Positions 60,389-64,000 of a DNA stretch of 64,000 bases are shown here, piece by piece. Source of the stretch: Takakia lepidozioides (taxonomy: Eukaryota; Plantae; Bryophyta); assembly GCA_030704615.1 (NCBI GenBank), contig CM060731.1, forward strand, positions 72,416,001 to 72,480,000, read 5' to 3'. The notes under the pieces were generated by a model. The model searched no databases. It worked only from the letters and a program-made list of their open reading frames with translations, and was not told the origin of the DNA. A program made the position numbers and the translations under genes. Each line of letters starts with the position of its first letter. Position 1 is the first letter of the stretch.

Positions 60389-61060
60389 AACAATACCCTG
60401 GTGGACATGTTTGCAAAATGTGGGTGCATCTAGGATGCAAAGGGAGTGTTCTACACTATGGCTGAACAAGATGTGGTGTCGTGCAAGCCTGGCAGCCCTA
60501 GAGAAGGGCAAAGAGGTGCATGGGGATATCGTCAAAGCTGGAATTGTACCAAATGTCATTCTATATTATATTCCACGTGATCAAAGATCGTTGAGGCATT
60601 CTGTTGAACATTTGGTGAGCATCCATGATGCTCCCGCACTTAACATACATGGAGACAAGGGTGTTGAGTAGAAAAACATTTGGCGTGCATCTACTTTGGA
60701 TAATGTAACTTTCCAGCGTCCAGATATTCCATCTTGTTGCACTTAAGCAAGGGACAGACATACGTACCTCAATCTGCTGAAATGCCTCATTGGTTTTAAG
60801 TCTGTAGAGCCTCTGTCAGTCTGCCTGCCACAAAGCATCTTTACATGCCCAGAAGTGCCAGAAGAGGCATTGTGGACTCCCTCTCTTGATCCTCTTTCAG
60901 AAGCTGTGGTCATGGTTGAGGTGCCTGGTTTCATGAATTGTGCCGCTGCAGCTGCAGCCTTTAGTTGACCATCTACCATGCAGGTTCTTGTAGCTATTGA
61001 TCCATAGGGAATCACATCTGGTACAATTCCAGCTTTGGCGATACAACCATGTACCCCTGC
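60389..61060. pseudogene. PLS-class PPR fragments in both orientations
   Basis: Plus strand NTLVDMFAKCGCI*DAKGVF and ASLAALEKGKEVHGDIVKAG. Minus strand NTLVSMYVKCGSIMDAHQMFNRM...LITWN and HGCIAKAGIVPDV. Confidence 0.8.
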
Positions 61061-61339
61061 CAGTGCTCAATCAGAGGTAAGTCCATTGCTTTCACAACAG
61101 GTGAACTGACAAGCTAGATACTCTGCTTCTGAAAATCTATCTACTCTATCACCTGTTCAACAAAAATGGGAAGAGATGATTTAACAGTCACTTCTCCTGC
61201 AGGAATCTATGATTTATCACAGATCTAAATTGCAAAACTTGTTACTGGAACGGATCACCTCCCTCCTCTCACTAAACAAACACATCACAGAGGCAACGAA
61301 GAGCATAATCATAACAAAAGAATGCTAAATGCCACTGAC

Positions 61340-63386
61340 CTGCCACCCATTTGTCCGCGAGCGAGGGATCTGTACAGGGTTAGCTTTGGCATCCTCAGTG
61401 TAATGCATGCCCATGTATTTGTAGAACTCACGCCACCGTTGCGGGAAGAAGAGGGCTCCCCAGCTGTAGGGCAGCTGATGTAGATATGGCGTATTGGGGT
61501 GCACCATTTTGAAGAAATCAGTTGCATTCCAACGGGGCCTTTCCTTCACAACTTCAATCACTCTGGGAGTGTACAGAGCTATGGCGTTAAGCTCTGGCAA
61601 GTGCACAGTGGGATCATAATGGTAGGCCAGTAATGCATACTTTAGCCATATGTAGTAGAAGGGGGACACCTCGATGTCATCTTCCAACAACAGCCCAAAG
61701 TCATCGTCTGATGCTGGGTACCTGCAATGTGCTGGTAATTAGTGTATGAGATTCAAAAGGGAGGATTCAACTCGTCTACTACCAGCGCTGGAAAACATTA
61801 GACCTGGGGCAGCTCAATATTATGTGAACTCAAAAATTTGGAGAATGGAGTAGATGGTATGGAGATTTCAAGGTAAACTTGGATTGTCACGCAATGAAGG
61901 TATAGGTACAGGAGCTACACTGGAACTTTGCAATGCACAAGACACAGAAGTAGGGAGACAGAGAGAGAATCCACCTACAAACTCCGAAGGCAAGTATGAG
62001 CGAAATGTGGAGAAAGTGATGGTAATAAAAGTGCTCAAAAGAGAAAAGTACCAGCTCTCGCTGACTGCTCTTATGAGACCTCCCTGGATGATTCGTGGGC
62101 GTACTATCTTGGGGCCGTGTGGCCATTCGAATTCATTGATGACGCGGAGAGTTTCGGCATCAACCTTGCTGTCCATGTTGAAGGAGATGGCGATGACATC
62201 TCCCAAATAGTGTGCATCCACCAGCGATTTTAACAGGCGGTGGAGAGATCCAGCCCGATTTTGGGTGATGATGTTGATAGAGATTCTCATCTTGTTCCAA
62301 ACTGCTCCACCGATCGCCTAAAGTCAGTACAACGCACCACAGGCTTGGTCCATTTATCTGGTGGCCAGTTTAAATGAATCTAGCCTTCGCAGGTTACTGT
62401 ACTTAGTCCCAACAATGTACTCACACTGAAAGATAACATGCTTAGAAGGGCAGAGGGAGGATTGCGAGAAGTGAGGAGAAGGGGTGGCCTTACCGCGCAA
62501 GGCAGCGGACTTGACATCCGACATCCAGAGGGCATATGGAATGGCTGATTGTGGAAGGTGCACTAGCGTGGCATTGCCAGGAGTCACGGCCAGGGTCAGC
62601 CCCTTGCGCACATTGGCAGCCAGATCATTCACTGTGATTACAAGGGTAGGAGCATCAATCCGCGCATTGCCACAAATACTTCCTGGATGATGGAGGAGTC
62701 CACATTGCCTTTGGCCACAGACCCAACCTGGCAACGCAACACAGTGTAGAGCACTCAAACTTTTGAATTCAAACTAAGACTTGCCGTATGTACATGTCCA
62801 GAGTCCCAGCCAGTTCAAAGATTTTCATCGAACTACCCCTTTCTTCCTTTTTTACCTCCAAATCAAAGATCTTGAATCGGCGGTCGTGATAGGAAGCAGC
62901 AGTCCAGCCCAGAATAGCAGCAGCTTCCTCGCAAGGGCAGTGTGTGCCCCCACTCACAACCACAAACGCTTTCTTCCAAGGTATGCTCCAAAATTTGAGA
63001 ATGAGAGGGGCGAGGGCTCATCCAGCGAGTGTGCATGGAATAGAACAACGGATTGATGGGGATACATGGTGGCCCACTGTGTCACACAATAGGACCTCTT
63101 GTGTGTGTTGCTTGTGTCTGCAGTCAGGTAATGTCGTATTGGTCTGTGAGAGCCACCACGGTGCAGCAGAGCGGGTGTCGATTGAAACAGGGACGGCTAA
63201 GACCAAGCTATCTCTCCTAATAACCTTGTAAACATCAGGAATACCAAACCATGGTACTAACAAGAGCCAAGAGCCCATTGCGGTTGCGATGCAGGTTGCG
63301 CTTTGCCCCTTCCTGCATCAGTAGCTCAAGAATAGGACTGCAAAGCCTCCATCCCACGCCCCTATTCTGCGATCATCGCGTTCCAT
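61340..63386 (-). pseudogene. Glycosyltransferase family 2-like gene (At5g60700/At5g12260-like), frameshifted and 3'-truncated
   Basis: MRISINIITQNRAGSL...WPHGPK...GGLIRAVSESW/YPASDDDFGLLLEDDIEVSP...PYLHQLPYSWGA...TNGWQ. One intron is retained (about 62052-61722). The first exon is split over several frames and downstream exons are absent. Confidence 0.8.
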
Positions 63387-63789
63387 GACCCAACACAACA
63401 GCTAGATACTAAGAAACCGCGCAGGGGGGGGAAAAAAAAAAAAAAAAAACCTTAGTCCCAACCCTCTCATGCGCAACCCTATGAGCAACTTTTTTAATTT
63501 TTCAAACCTTTTGGCTACCAGGCTTGCACTAGACGTCATTTTGGTGACTATTTGGTGGTGAGCACGCGTTGGTCAACCATCGTTGACCAACCATCCCTCT
63601 AGTGCGGAGCCATGCAGTCATGACAATGTCTACCAAAGTAGTCACCCAGAGGACTACGTAGTCATTGTCAACGACTACGTGAAGCCCCATTTGGTCCAAA
63701 AATACAAGGAAGTCATGGTCAAAGTAAAAAAAATCATGACTACCATGGTTCAGCAGTCAAATATACCGCGATCTGTTGTAGTGTAAACA

Positions 63790-64000
63790 CTGCCATGGCA
63801 GCTCTGGAAAAGGGGAAAGAGGTCCATGGCGACATCTTCAGAGCTGGAATTGTACCAGATTTTATTCTGAACAATACCCTGGTGGACATATTTGCAAAAT
63901 GTGGGTGCATCTAGGATGCGAAGGGAGTGTTCGACACTATGGCTGAATGAGATGTGGTGTCGTGGAGTGCGATGCTTGCAGGGTATGCACAGCAGGGACG
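63790..64000 (+). pseudogene. PLS-class PPR fragment, running off the window
   Basis: ALEKGKEVHGDIFRAG...NTLVDIFAKCGCI*DAKGVFDTMAE*DVVSWSAMLAGYAQQG with two stops. Confidence 0.85.

Overview
Nuclear DNA from a land plant with GT-AG introns. An IQUB/FAP253-like radial-spoke gene points to a lineage with flagellated sperm, most likely a bryophyte, lycophyte or fern (inference). Apparently intact genes are NRAMP (partial, minus strand, runs off the left edge), a TTI2-like ARM/HEAT protein, a PUF/Pumilio protein with a CCCH zinc finger, a SOUL haem-binding protein, IQUB and a CYP716-like P450. There is also a candidate spliced orphan gene upstream of IQUB. Decayed genes are an RDR1/2-type RNA-dependent RNA polymerase, a GT2-like glycosyltransferase and several PLS-type PPR fragments. 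Mobile DNA includes a piggyBac-like MITE (TTAA sites), a hAT MITE, tandem non-autonomous Helitrons, Ty3/gypsy relics, an RTE-X-like LINE fragment and tRNA-derived SINEs. The most striking unexplained signal is a family of about 85-nt structured retroposons with no Pol III promoter boxes. It has three copies, each with its own target-site duplication (TSD), a shared 5' end and a (CT)n tail. Its multi-helix module also forms the 3' half of at least three tRNA-headed SINEs here, with apparent covariation. Also notable are a LINE zinc-knuckle fragment in frame behind the strongest acceptor of IQUB intron 1, and an E-to-Q change at the conserved TM3 glutamate of NRAMP. All exon boundaries were read by eye and family calls come from remembered motifs, not database searches.
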